The notes beneath the pieces were generated by a model. That model was not told the origin of the DNA, made no database searches, and saw only the letters and a program-made list of their open reading frames with translations. From IMG/VR virus record IMGVR_UViG_3300032311_000675, positions 723 through 64,722 of that record: a stretch of DNA of 64,000 nucleotides; one strand, 5' to 3'. Source of the DNA: a virus. Lineage: Duplodnaviria > Caudoviricetes. This document shows, piece after piece, positions 12,001-19,205 of this stretch. A program made the position numbers and the translations under genes. Position 1 is the first letter of the stretch. Every line of letters starts with the position of its first letter.

Positions 12001-15000
12001 CCGACAGGCCTTTGGCAATTTCCGAGGTCTTTTCTTTGGCTGACCGCATTCGCTCGATCGTTGTTGTTCCAGCCAGCCGATTCCCAGTCCTCTGGAGGAG
12101 CTTGCTTGGTGAGTTTTCGAGAAGGGGCTTCTCAACCTTTTCTGGTTCGTCTGAGGACCCCTCCGTAGTTGGCATCCCGAGGCTCTCAACTCTTGCCTCG
12201 ATGGCAGGGATCATGCTCTTGATGTTTTCGTAATCGATGATTGAGGGGACGTTCTTAAAGAAATCTTCGGCAAAACTTGGATTTAGGATCGTCGCTCCGT
12301 CTTCTCGTGTCTGGAAGATAGGCATTCCCTTGATCTTGTAAGACCCCATCTCCTCGGTTATCTGGCCTCCAGTAATGATGTAAGAGGCCGCTTTTGCCGC
12401 CTCTCTCTGGCTCAATTCACTTTTGGATGCAGGGACGTCAGATAGCTGGCTGATCTCATTACGGGTGTTGTTTTGGGCTTTTGCCAATGCAGAGATTGTT
12501 TCAGCAACGTGCGCTCTTACTGCGAAGTACTCCATCTCGTCGGCGTTCTCCTTGAGCAAATCCAGCTTGTTGCCGATATTGATAAGCCTGTTTGCGGGCT
12601 TGAGGGCTTCGGGTTCTGGTTCGCTCTTAGATAGTTCGCTCTTAGATTCAGTTCTCCCCTTTTCGATTGCTTGAAGAACTTTTTGTATATTTTGTCGTAG
12701 TCTCTCGGGCGACTCGGGTAGATCCTTTTCAACTGGTGTTACCCCGATTTCACCTAAACCCTTATTAATTGAATTTCCAGACCCAACTGGTTTTCCGCTT
12801 GTTTGTGTGCCTAATTGTGCGTCCAATCTCTCTGCCATCGCTTTTAACTCTGGGGAACCATAATGAGCGTTTATTTGTTCCTGAGTTCCCTTGTTGATCC
12901 AACCATCTTTACCAATACCAAAAACTGGATACCATTTATCTGCCTTTACGTTTTTCTTACCAGCTTTTCCAGTTGATCTGTAAAACGGAATTTTAACCCC
13001 GTTAACATCGACAACCACCATCTCTCGATCCGCAAAACGAACTACTTTTGACTTACCGCTAGTCTTCTTTACAGATTGAGTAGCCTCATCCCATTCTAGA
13101 TTATTTTCGTAAGATATTTCTTCAAGGTTAACTTCTGGCGTTAATGTAGGAGCGACAGCTTCTGCAACTTGCTCAGCTAATGGCCTTGCGTTAAGGACAA
13201 CATCAGAAGGGGATCCAAATCCTTGGCTGTTTGCCCAAGCCTCCCATCCTCCTGGTTCAATGTCTGCCGTGGCTTTTTGAAGCTCGAACGATGCTCCTTC
13301 TTGGGCTTCGTCAGTTGCACCGATCGTGTTAATGAACTCCTGTCCGAACATGACGCTCTTCTCGGCTCCCGCTGTTACTTGAACTGCAAGACCTCCAGTT
13401 GCGGCCGCAATGATAATGCTCCGTGCCACTTCCTCGTTTGGGTCTCTGGCGGGGTCATAGTCTGCAATCTCAATGGCAATCTGATTGAGCCATCTCTGCT
13501 GGAGTCCTTCGGTAACGCCTTCTACTGCTCCACCCTTGATTGACGGCCACAAAAACTTTGACGCAGACAGGGCATATTTAGCCAATAGGTTTCTGGCTTG
13601 GGTGGCTGGGAGCTTGGCGAGGGCGAGCTTTTTGCCCAATCCCAAGGTGAACTTGTCTGAAATTGTATCAATCCCTGCGGCGGGCAGAGCGTAGGTCAAT
13701 GCGGCAACGTGGCTCTGGCTAGGGGTTAATACTATTCCAGTCTTTTTCTGGGCTTCCTCTTGGTCGGCGATTGCCTCGGCATACAGAGACGAGACATTCC
13801 CAAGATATCCAACAGCACCAGACCCAATAGGCCCAAGCGGAGCGGAGGCAACGTAGGTCATCATCTGAGCTGGAAGCTCTGAAATGCCCTTGATAACACC
13901 GCCTGTTACGCTTGCGTTAAAATCATCATCGGTAGGGAATGTCTGGTCGAGCCAATCCCTGTTCTCTTTGGCCGCTTGAGATGCGTTAAGGAAAAACTCT
14001 CCACCGCTACCACCAAGCTGGCGTCCGACCAGTGCGTAGAACCCGCTGGCTTGATCTTGGTTAAACCGAATCGACCCCTTGATCGCTTGGTTAATGGTGT
14101 TCCCAATAAATCCTCGTTTGTCCTTCGGTGCTTTCTGGATCTCCTTGCTGGCCTCGATGGCTACTTTTGTTGGGATCTCTTTGTTCTTCGCCTTTTCCAT
14201 CAGCGAGTCCGTTGGAGCTTCTGGACTGATATCCGCTGGCTTTGGCTTTACCGCTTCGCCAGTTAGGTATTTCCTCTGATTAACAGCTCCAGCGGTCTTG
14301 TTTGCCTCATAGTCAATCTTGGCCTTTTGGCTTTCCGCCTCCTGTTTAGCACTTTCAATAGCATCTTTTTCGAGAGACTGGGCTGATTCGAGGGACTGGT
14401 TGCCCATAATGACGCTTGGCAATTTTCCTTTGAGGTCGGCCTCAAGGACATCAATAGCCCTGCTGGATGCGTCAATTTCATCTTGTGAAGCCCCAGATTT
14501 GATAAGCTCATTGTGTTGGGCAATGGCTAGATCTGTCTTTTTCCGCAACAGAGTCCATACAGCTCTAGCGTTGACGGCGGGCTTTTTAATTTCGTCGGTG
14601 TATTCGGCAAGCTTCTGTTTGCGGTTCTCAAGGTTGGCATCGACTGATTTCTTAACTTGTTCTGCCTCTTGTCGAACTCCCTTGGCTTCCTCTGATTCTG
14701 GGAGGCCAATCATCATTCCGTTAACTACGGATGGGATCATGCCCTCGAGGGCTTTGGGAAGGGCAGGGGCGTCTGGGTCGAGATTGCCTAAATTGAGGGA
14801 CGATGCTGACTTTTGTAGCTCTGCATATATCGGATCATCCTTGGGGTCATTTGACTTGGTGCCGTCAGCTTTGACAATGCCTTGCTTGCGAACGTCTTGA
14901 CCTCTTTGCATGAGGGCGTTGAAGGTTGCTTCTTTTTGCTTTTGCTTCGCAAGTTCCGCTTGGAGCATTTTGTGTTTCGCAAGTTGCGATTCTTTTTCAT

Positions 15001-15850
15001 TTAACTCCTTTGTGCGGGCTTGCTCTTCTTCGGCCATTCTTTTGGCGTATTCCGCTCTTTGATCGTCTGTTGCGTCAGCGGATATTGGAGGCGGGTTGTT
15101 TTTAGCTGTTTCTATTTGGCTCTTAAGATCTCCAATCCCAGCCCGCAACTCGTCTTCGGTTGCCTTTAGGCCTCTGAATGCCTCGCCGTAAATCTTGTTG
15201 TCTCTGCTTGTTCTCTCATCCCTAGCAATCGTGCGAATGGCCTCGTCATCCGAGTCTACCAGTTCATCGATACTCCCGATCCTCTTGGATTTGCGGGTTG
15301 CGTCACGCTCTGGGGTTGCTCCCTCGACTTGGGGTTTGCCCATAGGGACTCGGTAGATTGCGTTGGGGTCTTCGCCGTACTCCTTGTTGCCAGTAGTGAT
15401 CTTAACAGGGACTTCTGGCTTATTGATCGGGCTTCCGAATTCGTCAAACTTTGTTGTGCCGCCTAGCTCGTTTGGAGTTTCCCCAGATCCCCATTCCAGA
15501 GTCGGCATTCCTTTGTTGTCAGATGTGACCTTTGGCTCAACTCCTCCACCAGCTACTTGTCGATGTCTTACGCCAGCGGTATCGAGCGTCCTTTCGGTCT
15601 GGGCATTGGAGCGATCCTCCGAAGCCTTGGCTTCTTGCTTGGCGATCTGGTTAAGTTTGTTTGCATCGCTCCTTGAAATGTATGTCGGGGCAGGGGCGGG
15701 CTTCGGTTGGCTTGCTTCCTGTTCCTCTTGTCGCTTCTTGCGAATCCGAGCCAATAATTTGTCTGCTTCGTCTGGTTCGGGGCCAGCGAAGGCAGTTCCC
15801 TCGATGCGGTTAGGGCGTACCGATGGGTTTAACTCGCTGGGCAAGCCCAT
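1..15850 (-). CDS. Giant polyvalent (DarB/LPD-type) virion-associated polyprotein, >5280 aa, 3' end runs off the window
   Basis: ATG at 15850 lies 3 nt after the upstream stop. Hand translation at many points from 15850 to base 1 stays in one frame (ends ...AILMALFRSMEGDKDDDK). The ORF track shows no long minus ORF here, as expected if there is no stop in the window. Contains helicase, ParB-like, zincin and sigma-like motifs. Confidence 0.9.
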   Translation of the reverse strand, partial: MGLPSELNPSVRPNRIEGTAFAGPEPDEADKLLARIRKKRQEEQEASQPKPAPAPTYISRSDANKLNQIAKQEAKASEDRSNAQTERTLDTAGVRHRQVAGGGVEPKVTSDNKGMPTLEWGSGETPNELGGTTKFDEFGSPINKPEVPVKITTGNKEYGEDPNAIYRVPMGKPQVEGATPERDATRKSKRIGSIDELVDSDDEAIRTIARDERTSRDNKIYGEAFRGLKATEDELRAGIGDLKSQIETAKNNPPPISADATDDQRAEYAKRMAEEEQARTKELNEKESQLAKHKMLQAELAKQKQKEATFNALMQRGQDVRKQGIVKADGTKSNDPKDDPIYAELQKSASSLNLGNLDPDAPALPKALEGMIPSVVNGMMIGLPESEEAKGVRQEAEQVKKSVDANLENRKQKLAEYTDEIKKPAVNARAVWTLLRKKTDLAIAQHNELIKSGASQDEIDASSRAIDVLEADLKGKLPSVIMGNQSLESAQSLEKDAIESAKQEAESQKAKIDYEANKTAGAVNQRKYLTGEAVKPKPADISPEAPTDSLMEKAKNKEIPTKVAIEASKEIQKAPKDKRGFIGNTINQAIKGSIRFNQDQASGFYALVGRQLGGSGGEFFLNASQAAKENRDWLDQTFPTDDDFNASVTGGVIKGISELPAQMMTYVASAPLGPIGSGAVGYLGNVSSLYAEAIADQEEAQKKTGIVLTPSQSHVAALTYALPAAGIDTISDKFTLGLGKKLALAKLPATQARNLLAKYALSASKFLWPSIKGGAVEGVTEGLQQRWLNQIAIEIADYDPARDPNEEVARSIIIAAATGGLAVQVTAGAEKSVMFGQEFINTIGATDEAQEGASFELQKATADIEPGGWEAWANSQGFGSPSDVVLNARPLAEQVAEAVAPTLTPEVNLEEISYENNLEWDEATQSVKKTSGKSKVVRFADREMVVVDVNGVKIPFYRSTGKAGKKNVKADKWYPVFGIGKDGWINKGTQEQINAHYGSPELKAMAERLDAQLGTQTSGKPVGSGNSINKGLGEIGVTPVEKDLPESPERLRQNIQKVLQAIEKGRTESKSELSKSEPEPEALKPANRLINIGNKLDLLKENADEMEYFAVRAHVAETISALAKAQNNTRNEISQLSDVPASKSELSQREAAKAASYIITGGQITEEMGSYKIKGMPIFQTREDGATILNPSFAEDFFKNVPSIIDYENIKSMIPAIEARVESLGMPTTEGSSDEPEKVEKPLLENSPSKLLQRTGNRLAGTTTIERMRSAKEKTSEIAKGLSVDGIKVGYEEGEITGQSTSMQVVPNEDGSLTLRVDPNQFAFQDSVDPEINNRAFHEELLHVGDFASSYLEAKALGLKPEEYAPYHIKRRSDLFNKILEVGKSDTQVATALVSSISLYNPDMPTSMSMEEISDFLGGSDTKTMVVMSEMLRQLGQIESKSGLTESRIDLRASAQGKDTTTMQKSESSVRDLINSIKKYIMSVYKALSRMRKALSSANPQVGAELDDLLNKIQDVLKGKKVDWAGLGVPPASITGKRSGGLVQPNLPSTGANPRPTAPATAESDQSTEQSEPPAPPTPPEPPAPPAPPAPPAPPAPPAPPAPPAPRTELPRLPRDLAGASPRYAYGANQFALNFHNDIDKALYIIAQSNPSRRDADYMKFVMDATGMNSAEAKLAGMDIRASIKEIAKTSDEDTIEVPQSEITKKMMGENKPAPTAKKNTIKAFTQGFTGSTVIGTPKIIEATEAKDMEGTDIQPRNRKDRKAYKELIETMARNWDPDKAMPGTSTGDGAPILTAENKIVSGHGRIKAMMEMFRRYPERAAAYRAKLMEVFPEMAEQIRSMKMPIVVTEMDLMASFEESNKTATGLGVNKTPKQFLRRLAVRANAGTLATEELAVADAREIQDNPELRDIKQNENGDLSETPENVAIQQKFFEIFGSPQQYRNNDESFTKAFKDRVTSALLADAIASSNNGKITDSEKIIISAITDPENSNAGVKTLAAALTKSVTRLVSLRQIATEVLGAEKASQLDPLVPIAKSLQAYLEAKRSGGENTPKDWQSFVENNRSQIPGLAENILDQTSADVFQPIYDFRDSSAKLSSYLNNLASELEAKIQDLKDMGETDIFGNRVPIIASENSFGETIQSAAQKAVEKTLSKTRLSSRGLPAPDPREEQIDKDQEKAELQESWTPVGEEESKKIDGYYSLGLQAPANLAPEQTSAINELVKEVGPIPQYVSKMIGIPVDKIFKRDDGEERLSAEALETIALSINQIEKGKSLTIGHEMGVGKGRIVGSIMAVYALKKGLIPVFVTKSEPLYPAMLDDIEDVGFEGQIKPLITNNNWSSMRSKGRPVTMKNPIQKLRLTAQTGKMPSEHNAVFTTYAQISSVTKKDVIPALNAIADRAIFILDESHNAAGTDSSIGEFFRSVIPKSRGAVFSSATAIKSPANIATYFPKTSIPMAVPTASEFERLAKRFGNPFMQMTSSMLSRAGQMFRLQSGFTWKGQKIPFIPSPIKAKQEVIDAHNAANEILGEMRQIEIGEKMKKLTQQLVQDAQEAYDGTEAKALIYPLSGQFHNVAANMVLGAKIKDTADLAEAEIKAGRKVFISMDTTGEAFLRDAKEIMEGGSLQSYDKTAKVTFKDFMERYARKLNTNKVKIGPKDEKSDAPSLEFTIDWNKSNGKSNIPNWVSQKSIELHDSLMETGFKDLALIIKDNAETLNKLPISPFDALRAELQRRQILSAEISGRDIAVTPSGAFSQRSVTDQDKQNSLIAFRNNDQTKVLIVSRTGSTGLSAHDDPRNKSSAPRTHIVMQPAPDIVDTIQVLGRTNRNNQQSAPKLVYIYSEDIPAEVRIMAMTQKKMRRLGASTTGKDATAAGENLGLDMLNTYGDNAVALVLANEPELRTAYNTRAGTNFPEKFEDIRKILTSGEPGDGMRRMIHKALILDIEDQRHFFEEITAEYVAMVDFAKQNGTYELESQEKDYKAEKLSDEKAWDAYGVASSDKPAKTALPNKKQLDTLYFYANPKGGEVFGPVTLKFLYENSGNDTLVYKAGEPSEDGVQRFGSATLLKAQNALENGSNYTDEVAWTTLGDLQIFNTSVPESKSGEDAFSKPARIAKYRFNNPTPPPTSAEVIPTLEQAKQQAETAVSDFLKASDSVLKDKLARISSNPRMEQLAKVRALEKSRKQYAETKYNVERALDLVGKGAWFGKDTKQIPAYVVGVELNNRFPHAESRQYLVLQTAGFENKVRIPLQASELAHVNPFKISLDKSPIGENEAPTRDPSVDPLSLPVGIYRNTDGSGLVVFMRGPRLLCVDTLPPEQLREVNAVAYEMAVQMHESGMEESEIENRVFNEAINKVLTTGDNALDPDSWNRYVEEKMPESRKGDGFGKTYDRSRQNATQRDQFVVEGNLLTGANFVSSMFGANVPAAVTTFTTKDGGKTTGVVMPAGVNSDNLVNLKAEVAKGQGSLLGPVGKVMDNIIDEEGRPRAVVFSDGSMISGQSLYIPDKAFLDDKNEGYRKEALDNSNAIATMIVAKINQGHDAWMYRGPKNGFSLRSRGLRREAGQGRAKEQIVEGFLTDDNAKDFSPEGVIGRNIRYKAMKASDDGWLEAGNLGEDEIHQNLYDYAIALQAQINHRHGQNTKGELIENVPNFILSAVDNRIKQMQEEAKNRETISKDAPISGTFNEEGDVEQEEASVGDYMAQKEAPESNKELYDKLEKVMASLADSDRKIFMMYVSGASYQQISETPEAYKSRNVGNLDGEVAPDRFWVFKHIQSLQRQLSKYANFLGVEAPTAKEEPTEASPMEGFKAIEETKGQMTLFSRGLANYLDSNAGNSVLFRDLLNAVANEPDALPSQRALAKLLTTPNTKQSMMTAGLYVPAEINPDPSFVRSYYKPAKEGNGMVVLSLHGIKNSGEPIETTIHEYKHVLTHNLLVKEGIGTATGKKELDRLVEYANRPDIEMDAEGNPLPLANGSKGGYKPLKALIKAYLAAVNVSKDTAGNPVADAIFGTGLASTYDVTLHMAPYEEPIGQDGIHMKAEITSENTFPLLKYLKDQGLEGTRPMGRNSGMSLVASKGSPDFVFLNQTDEEALEGMETSGVQNTTLVLTPSGIEKLRQQDLEPLFYASYKVRASAPMFRTKVSDIQTDPQKVRSIYYGLGNIHEFVTEMYSDNRFQTEMASIPGQAGIEINGNLKEYMQALAAELPQEARNAMIQNSAIKPTILTQGQSAALELSSQPFDFMKMVENLRQGNIEKKLEQATLFARGIKIQDKDRNNIDVLKTKLLQLHKKKHGSYQKEDDGYYRPIPPQQLSSQEETLYTMLMNKAREEKWPGIAFQSDLMQVETSTKPENLVLEQQSAVPEVEVPKMEQLSLFSRGITKKQQMDRLVQKADKEIERLKRDALIEENNKPYKYGMTAADIREYTAMKDMRDKAQTLRDENPSLGMFSRGLRMPDEEPINNGSQQAPLNDLLARFLGASGSVITDEEIDATYQRASEENAPYEVGAPYVGQDVRSAGPFANDEFRNVQRVAREMRRPIDTIETDASVLAAARALVATHKDQLYADLLEGTLETSATNQAAVFMALAEDAKTAKTPEELRKIAILTMANDIKRTNLGRTLRIGRDSQMTADERNRSFFNAELYRRSPDSDELYRNAISPTLKKRSMEANDEQIRLLQAELDKARSQAGEAFNANEQWQKWGAYMEARIKEYQDANQAWANQLDKYQVLEQESAKKIEALQAELAKANTSLEQMDWDTAQLKIRESKSAKDVLDTIQMSKEDAEAIRLVMAGMVPMAAAKQAGIKPARVMQLMKSLETNTKQRFDQVAGELATQGITRSQLKAKLTAFANGASLRSRGIEANPDEVPLTKEEILAEIVAAMGFDYAGQSDTSGKSDWHNVDGKSSLFDWRKPSNVGLAMQMVRRSQGKQASVGDAVFEAHVALLVSSTSTQLANVSKTPFVALNPFYRMVEAGMSYLMGKAGLNVRLPDGTIGNPYASVSDVVNGASEEAKEAFMAMWPSVINGLRYARLAFNTEKPYYNIDHTDATLLDEGDQKFYENDPKIPGSFGKKIRLPLRALLAADEFAKSFTAETLVGSIAFRMAKAKGLKGQEMVNYVRNQISEYGSDSWKIAVERSSRETLNEDVASNEDEPFTFKRAGKAIPRALNKVSKGISDASQSLENWGFDPSKGGARAVTAPVAFGGSMGLQILRGLTLFARISYNVLARGMAFTPVGLADSAIGAMNSVKTNKEGQRFMDLTNYENAVAGLTEGAVGTAILMALFRSMEGDKDDDK
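3090..4390 (-). other. Zincin (MPTase-like) metallopeptidase module 2 of the polyprotein
   Basis: TTIHEYKHVLTH (~4100) and distal NIHEFVTEMYSDNRFQ (~3380). Confidence 0.75.
4410..5188 (-). other. Sigma70/ECF-like module of the polyprotein
   Basis: EDEIHQNLY...PNFILSAVDNRIKQM (region 2-like), ISKDAPIS (SLDxP-like), LYDKLEKVMASLADSDRKIFMMYVSGASYQQISE...VFKHIQSLQRQL (region 4 HTH-like). Confidence 0.7.
5210..9360 (-). other. Strawberry-notch-type SF2 helicase module of the polyprotein
   Basis: Walker A IGHEMGVGKGR (~9000), FTTYAQI, ILDESHNAAG (~8635), FSSAT, STGLSAH, IQVLGRTNRNNQ. Confidence 0.85.
9420..10700 (-). other. ddrB-like ParB-superfamily module of the polyprotein
   Basis: IQPRNRKD...DGAPILTAENKIVSGHGRIKAM matches the QPRxR / GAP / SGNGR pattern. 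Confidence 0.7.
11037..11135 (-). repeat. (PPA)n 9-bp tandem repeat encoding a proline linker
   Basis: ggagcaggg/ggagcgggg units translate as PPAPPAPPAPPAPPAPPAP. Confidence 0.9.
11540..12000 (-). other. Divergent zincin-like metallopeptidase module 1 of the polyprotein
   Basis: RAFHEELLH at 11848-11822 with a downstream VVMSEMLRQ helix. Confidence 0.5.
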
Positions 15851-15853
15851 TGA

Positions 15854-17290
15854 CTACGCCTTCCTTGGGAAGGGGCCAGGACCAGCATACTTTTTGTTTA
15901 GTTCGTCTACATATGCTTGCTTCTTTCTTTGCCCACGAGCCTCCGCACTTCTCTTATTGTCTTCACGTTGCCTTACCCCAGCTTCTTTGAAAGCCTCCAT
16001 TCTTTGCTCATACTCGGCTTGCGAGCTTGCTGGCTTATTTGTCATTGGGCCGACAGCCATGCCATCTCCTTCGGCTAATATCGATCCTTCAAGCCTTTTG
16101 TAGCCTCCCAATGGGGCAAGTTCTGGAGGCCTCTCGCTTTGTCTTCGGGACTCGCCGTTGTCTGGCCCATACGGATTGCCAAACAACCTATTGTTTCTTC
16201 TTCGCTCAAAATCAAGTAGTTGTGATTTTTCGTTAAAATCTTTTTTAACTCCCTCTCTGTCTTCTTGTGCCGCTAATATCTCTCTTGAGAGAGCCATGCG
16301 TTCACCAGCATCACGAGTTCGAGACATGGCAACTCCAGCGGCCTCTTGCCTTGCGATTGTCCTGTCGATCGTATCGTGATCCAGTTTTGGCTCTTGCCCC
16401 TCAAAATCTATCTCATCCATTCCTTCTTGTTTTCGGTAAGCGTTAACCCTCTGCATCTGTGCTTGGGGGGACATAAACGAGCTGGCTCTTTTGTCTGAGG
16501 CGGCTCTTGCTTCTTGCCCGCCCTTGTACGAACCAGCATTCGGATCGGCTGGCCCGAAATCTCCAGATCCAACTGACCACCCTTGGTAGGTCACTCCCTT
16601 GTCGGCAGGGCCACCAGTAGGATATACGTCTCGGAAAGGAAGCGGCCGTGGCCCTTTTGAAGTTTCCAGCCGTGGCCCTTTTGAAGTTTCCTTTACTGGA
16701 GTTTTGGTTGGCTCGACTTTCGGGGTCTCCGTTGCGGGAGTCGCTGGAGTCGCGGGAGGGTTAACCGCACCCATTGAAGTGCTTTGAGCTGTTTGAGGTG
16801 TGGACTCTGGGACTCGTGGTTTGTTTTGGACTGGAGCTGGGGGTGTTACTTCTGCTCCTCCGTTGACTGCGTCGGTTAAAGAAGATGATGGAGTCCGTGA
16901 AGTCCTTCCTCGAGAACCACCGCCTTCAAGTGCCGCATATTGAGATCCAGCTTTTTTCTTCATCTCTTCGGATGCCCCCGAAAGATTCATTGTTCCGCCA
17001 GTAAGTTTCCCGTCATCTCCGATTCTTGCGGTAGGTGTGCCAAATACGCTGATTCCAGCACCTTGAAGTGCCGCATATTCTGGGCTGGCTTTTGCCATTC
17101 TGATTCCCTTGGCCGAGCGTCCGTATTTCTCGTAAATGCCCATGACCGCCGCTTGCAAAGTCTCAGCGGACACGTCTTCACCATAATCTACTGGCTCGGG
17201 GCCACTATAAGACGTTTGTTTGGCGCCGCCACCGACGCCTCCTTTGAATTCTTTGTTCCTATAGATTCCAGTTAAATCTTGTAGAGCCAT
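15854..17290 (-). CDS. Low-complexity putative internal virion/ejection protein
   Basis: G/A/P/S-rich ORF between TerL and the giant gene; ATG at 17290 preferred (55 bp from the palindrome). Confidence 0.6.
   Translation of the reverse strand: MALQDLTGIYRNKEFKGGVGGGAKQTSYSGPEPVDYGEDVSAETLQAAVMGIYEKYGRSAKGIRMAKASPEYAALQGAGISVFGTPTARIGDDGKLTGGTMNLSGASEEMKKKAGSQYAALEGGGSRGRTSRTPSSSLTDAVNGGAEVTPPAPVQNKPRVPESTPQTAQSTSMGAVNPPATPATPATETPKVEPTKTPVKETSKGPRLETSKGPRPLPFRDVYPTGGPADKGVTYQGWSVGSGDFGPADPNAGSYKGGQEARAASDKRASSFMSPQAQMQRVNAYRKQEGMDEIDFEGQEPKLDHDTIDRTIARQEAAGVAMSRTRDAGERMALSREILAAQEDREGVKKDFNEKSQLLDFERRRNNRLFGNPYGPDNGESRRQSERPPELAPLGGYKRLEGSILAEGDGMAVGPMTNKPASSQAEYEQRMEAFKEAGVRQREDNKRSAEARGQRKKQAYVDELNKKYAGPGPFPRKA
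16645..16691. repeat. 24-bp-period tandem duplication (ETSKGPRL x2)
   Basis: gccgtggcccttttgaagtttcc occurs at 16645 and 16669. Confidence 0.9.
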
Positions 17291-17339
17291 CTCTAACAAC
17301 TGGACAACAGAGTGTAGGCCTCAACAGATTTTCTGTTGG

Positions 17340-17350
17340 GTGCGACGCAT
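17340..17350. promoter_or_regulatory. Late-type palindrome GTGCGACGCAT
   Basis: Centre 17345 is 55 bp upstream of ATG 17290; TTGAGG at -34. Confidence 0.7.
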
Positions 17351-19095
17351 TAGGAGTAACTGGCGACAGGGGTTCTTGCCATATAGATTGGCTGTAGATC
17401 CTTTGGCAAAGTCCTAACCGCAGATGGGGTGTTGAATCTTGTCGCCCCAGCGATGGTCGTAATTCCAATAGCTATGGCCAAAACATCGTCGTCGTGCCTA
17501 CCAGCGGCCGCCTCGGATCTACCGCTTTCGGTGATAACAAAGGTCTTCAACTCCTCAATGGCGTGACGGCAGAATATGTCGATTCCAGACCCTTTTTCGT
17601 CGTGATCTCTGATAGCTGACGCAAGTTCCTCAATGACAATGCGTCTCGTCTTGTCCGTGGTCTGCCATCCCAAGGCTTTGCTACGTTTAGATTCTCGTAA
17701 ATTAAAGATTTCACGCTGATAAAGGTTAATGCTGGACTCTTTGAGTAGCTCGATCAGAGCCAGTCCTGGGCCGTTGACCTCTGGGACTACTAAACACCCT
17801 CCGTAAAACAGGGAAAGTCTCTCAATAAACTCGGCTAATACGTCAATATCGACTCGGCAGGGAGGTCTGACCCTTGCCACAAGAGCGGGACGGATCCACG
17901 AGCCGTCTGAATCGAAGTATCCAGCCCTTAAAACGACCACAGAGTGGGAATCTGGGTCAGCTCCAGAGACTTGGGAGTTGCCTGTCATACAATCCGCTGA
18001 AATTAGGTATCTGCCGTTCTCTTTTGGGTTTTCCCATATCCACGCCCAGCTTTCGGCCATAGAACAGCTTCTAAATATGGGTTTTGTAAAGTTCGTCGGG
18101 ACGTCGATTGTGCCGTAAATGGGGTCTTTTATGGTTTTTTCGAGGGCGGAGATCCCAGAAAGATCAAACCGAGGCCGTCCAGACGCCAAAAAGCAACTAA
18201 TCGGGTCAGAAGGGTACTCTTGCTCGAATTGTTTAACATCTCCACCGCACTTTTCCTTGATGACTCGACGCCTCCAAGCAAGCTGGTTGTCGGTCAGCGA
18301 AAACTCTTCCTGTAGGGATTGCTCCTTAAAGGACAGCTCAAGAGGTTCAGTTACAGGCTCTTGGTTTTCCTCGAAGTTATGCCAAGCGGCGAAGATTCGG
18401 ATGTATCCGTTTCCTGTTTTTCCGCTCTTGTACTCGTCAAATGTGACCGCACTCTGCCAAGTATTGTAAAAAGCTCCACCAGCTCCGTTCGGGGTGGATT
18501 CCTCGATGACAATGGTGTTGGGCGAGGTGGGTACGCAATTACGAATGGCCAATAGGATCTTTTCACCAGACCGCTCTCCAGCTCGGCGATAGTGGGCGAC
18601 CTCAGAGCAGAGAAGGGCTTGGAGTGTCATGGATCGCCCTGCACCAGGATCGTTGGCGGTTTCCTTGGCAATTCTGCTTCCGTTGGATAGCTCGCCTCTG
18701 GACACGCTGAATGTTTGCCCCCAATCGAGGTTGTCGTTTTCTACATACCGATTGACCATGTTCAGAAGGTTCTGCGAGGTATCCAGCTCGTCACCCAGAA
18801 CACAGGCCGTTGCGTTTTCTGTGCTACGGATAAAATGGGTAATGACGGCGGCCGTGATGGTGCTTGATCCCATCTGCCGAGGCTTCAAGACAACAAGGCG
18901 AATAGGTTTTTGGTTCTTCTTTAGCCAGCGGATGACTTGGGCAACGTGCCTCTGGAGATAGTTAGCCCTTGGGCTTACCAGCTTTGCGTCCTTAGTAAGG
19001 ATCTTGGTGTAGGTCTCCCACCACGCAAGGAAGTCGGCCTGTGCAACCGCTTCGATGGTCTCGATGGTTACTTGCGCTTTTTCTTTTTCGGCCAT
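17350..19095 (-). CDS. terL: Terminase large subunit
   Basis: VLKPRQMGSST Walker A, LLCSEVAHY Walker B, EESTPNG motif III, RNase H-like C-terminus (ISADCMTG...HDDDVLA). Confidence 0.95.
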   Translation of the reverse strand: MAEKEKAQVTIETIEAVAQADFLAWWETYTKILTKDAKLVSPRANYLQRHVAQVIRWLKKNQKPIRLVVLKPRQMGSSTITAAVITHFIRSTENATACVLGDELDTSQNLLNMVNRYVENDNLDWGQTFSVSRGELSNGSRIAKETANDPGAGRSMTLQALLCSEVAHYRRAGERSGEKILLAIRNCVPTSPNTIVIEESTPNGAGGAFYNTWQSAVTFDEYKSGKTGNGYIRIFAAWHNFEENQEPVTEPLELSFKEQSLQEEFSLTDNQLAWRRRVIKEKCGGDVKQFEQEYPSDPISCFLASGRPRFDLSGISALEKTIKDPIYGTIDVPTNFTKPIFRSCSMAESWAWIWENPKENGRYLISADCMTGNSQVSGADPDSHSVVVLRAGYFDSDGSWIRPALVARVRPPCRVDIDVLAEFIERLSLFYGGCLVVPEVNGPGLALIELLKESSINLYQREIFNLRESKRSKALGWQTTDKTRRIVIEELASAIRDHDEKGSGIDIFCRHAIEELKTFVITESGRSEAAAGRHDDDVLAIAIGITTIAGATRFNTPSAVRTLPKDLQPIYMARTPVASYS

Positions 19096-19205
19096 TGCCA
19101 GTAGACTTCCGTGCTTTTACCAGATCCGAAGGTGGCTGTTTTCCACTCTCCGAATTTGTTTTCTCTGCGCTTCTCGGAAAGTCCTTTTGGCTTATTCTTT
19201 TTCAT
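19068..19205 (-). CDS. Small basic protein, 45 aa (not in ORF track)
   Basis: MKKNKPKGLSEKRRENKFGEWKTATFGSGKSTEVYWQWPKKKKRK; start overlaps the upstream stop (TGATG). Confidence 0.6.
   Translation of the reverse strand: MKKNKPKGLSEKRRENKFGEWKTATFGSGKSTEVYWQWPKKKKRK

Noticed and set aside
102-15447. Dozens of short ORFs listed in the track on both strands
   Set aside because: They are shadow ORFs of the single giant minus-strand gene
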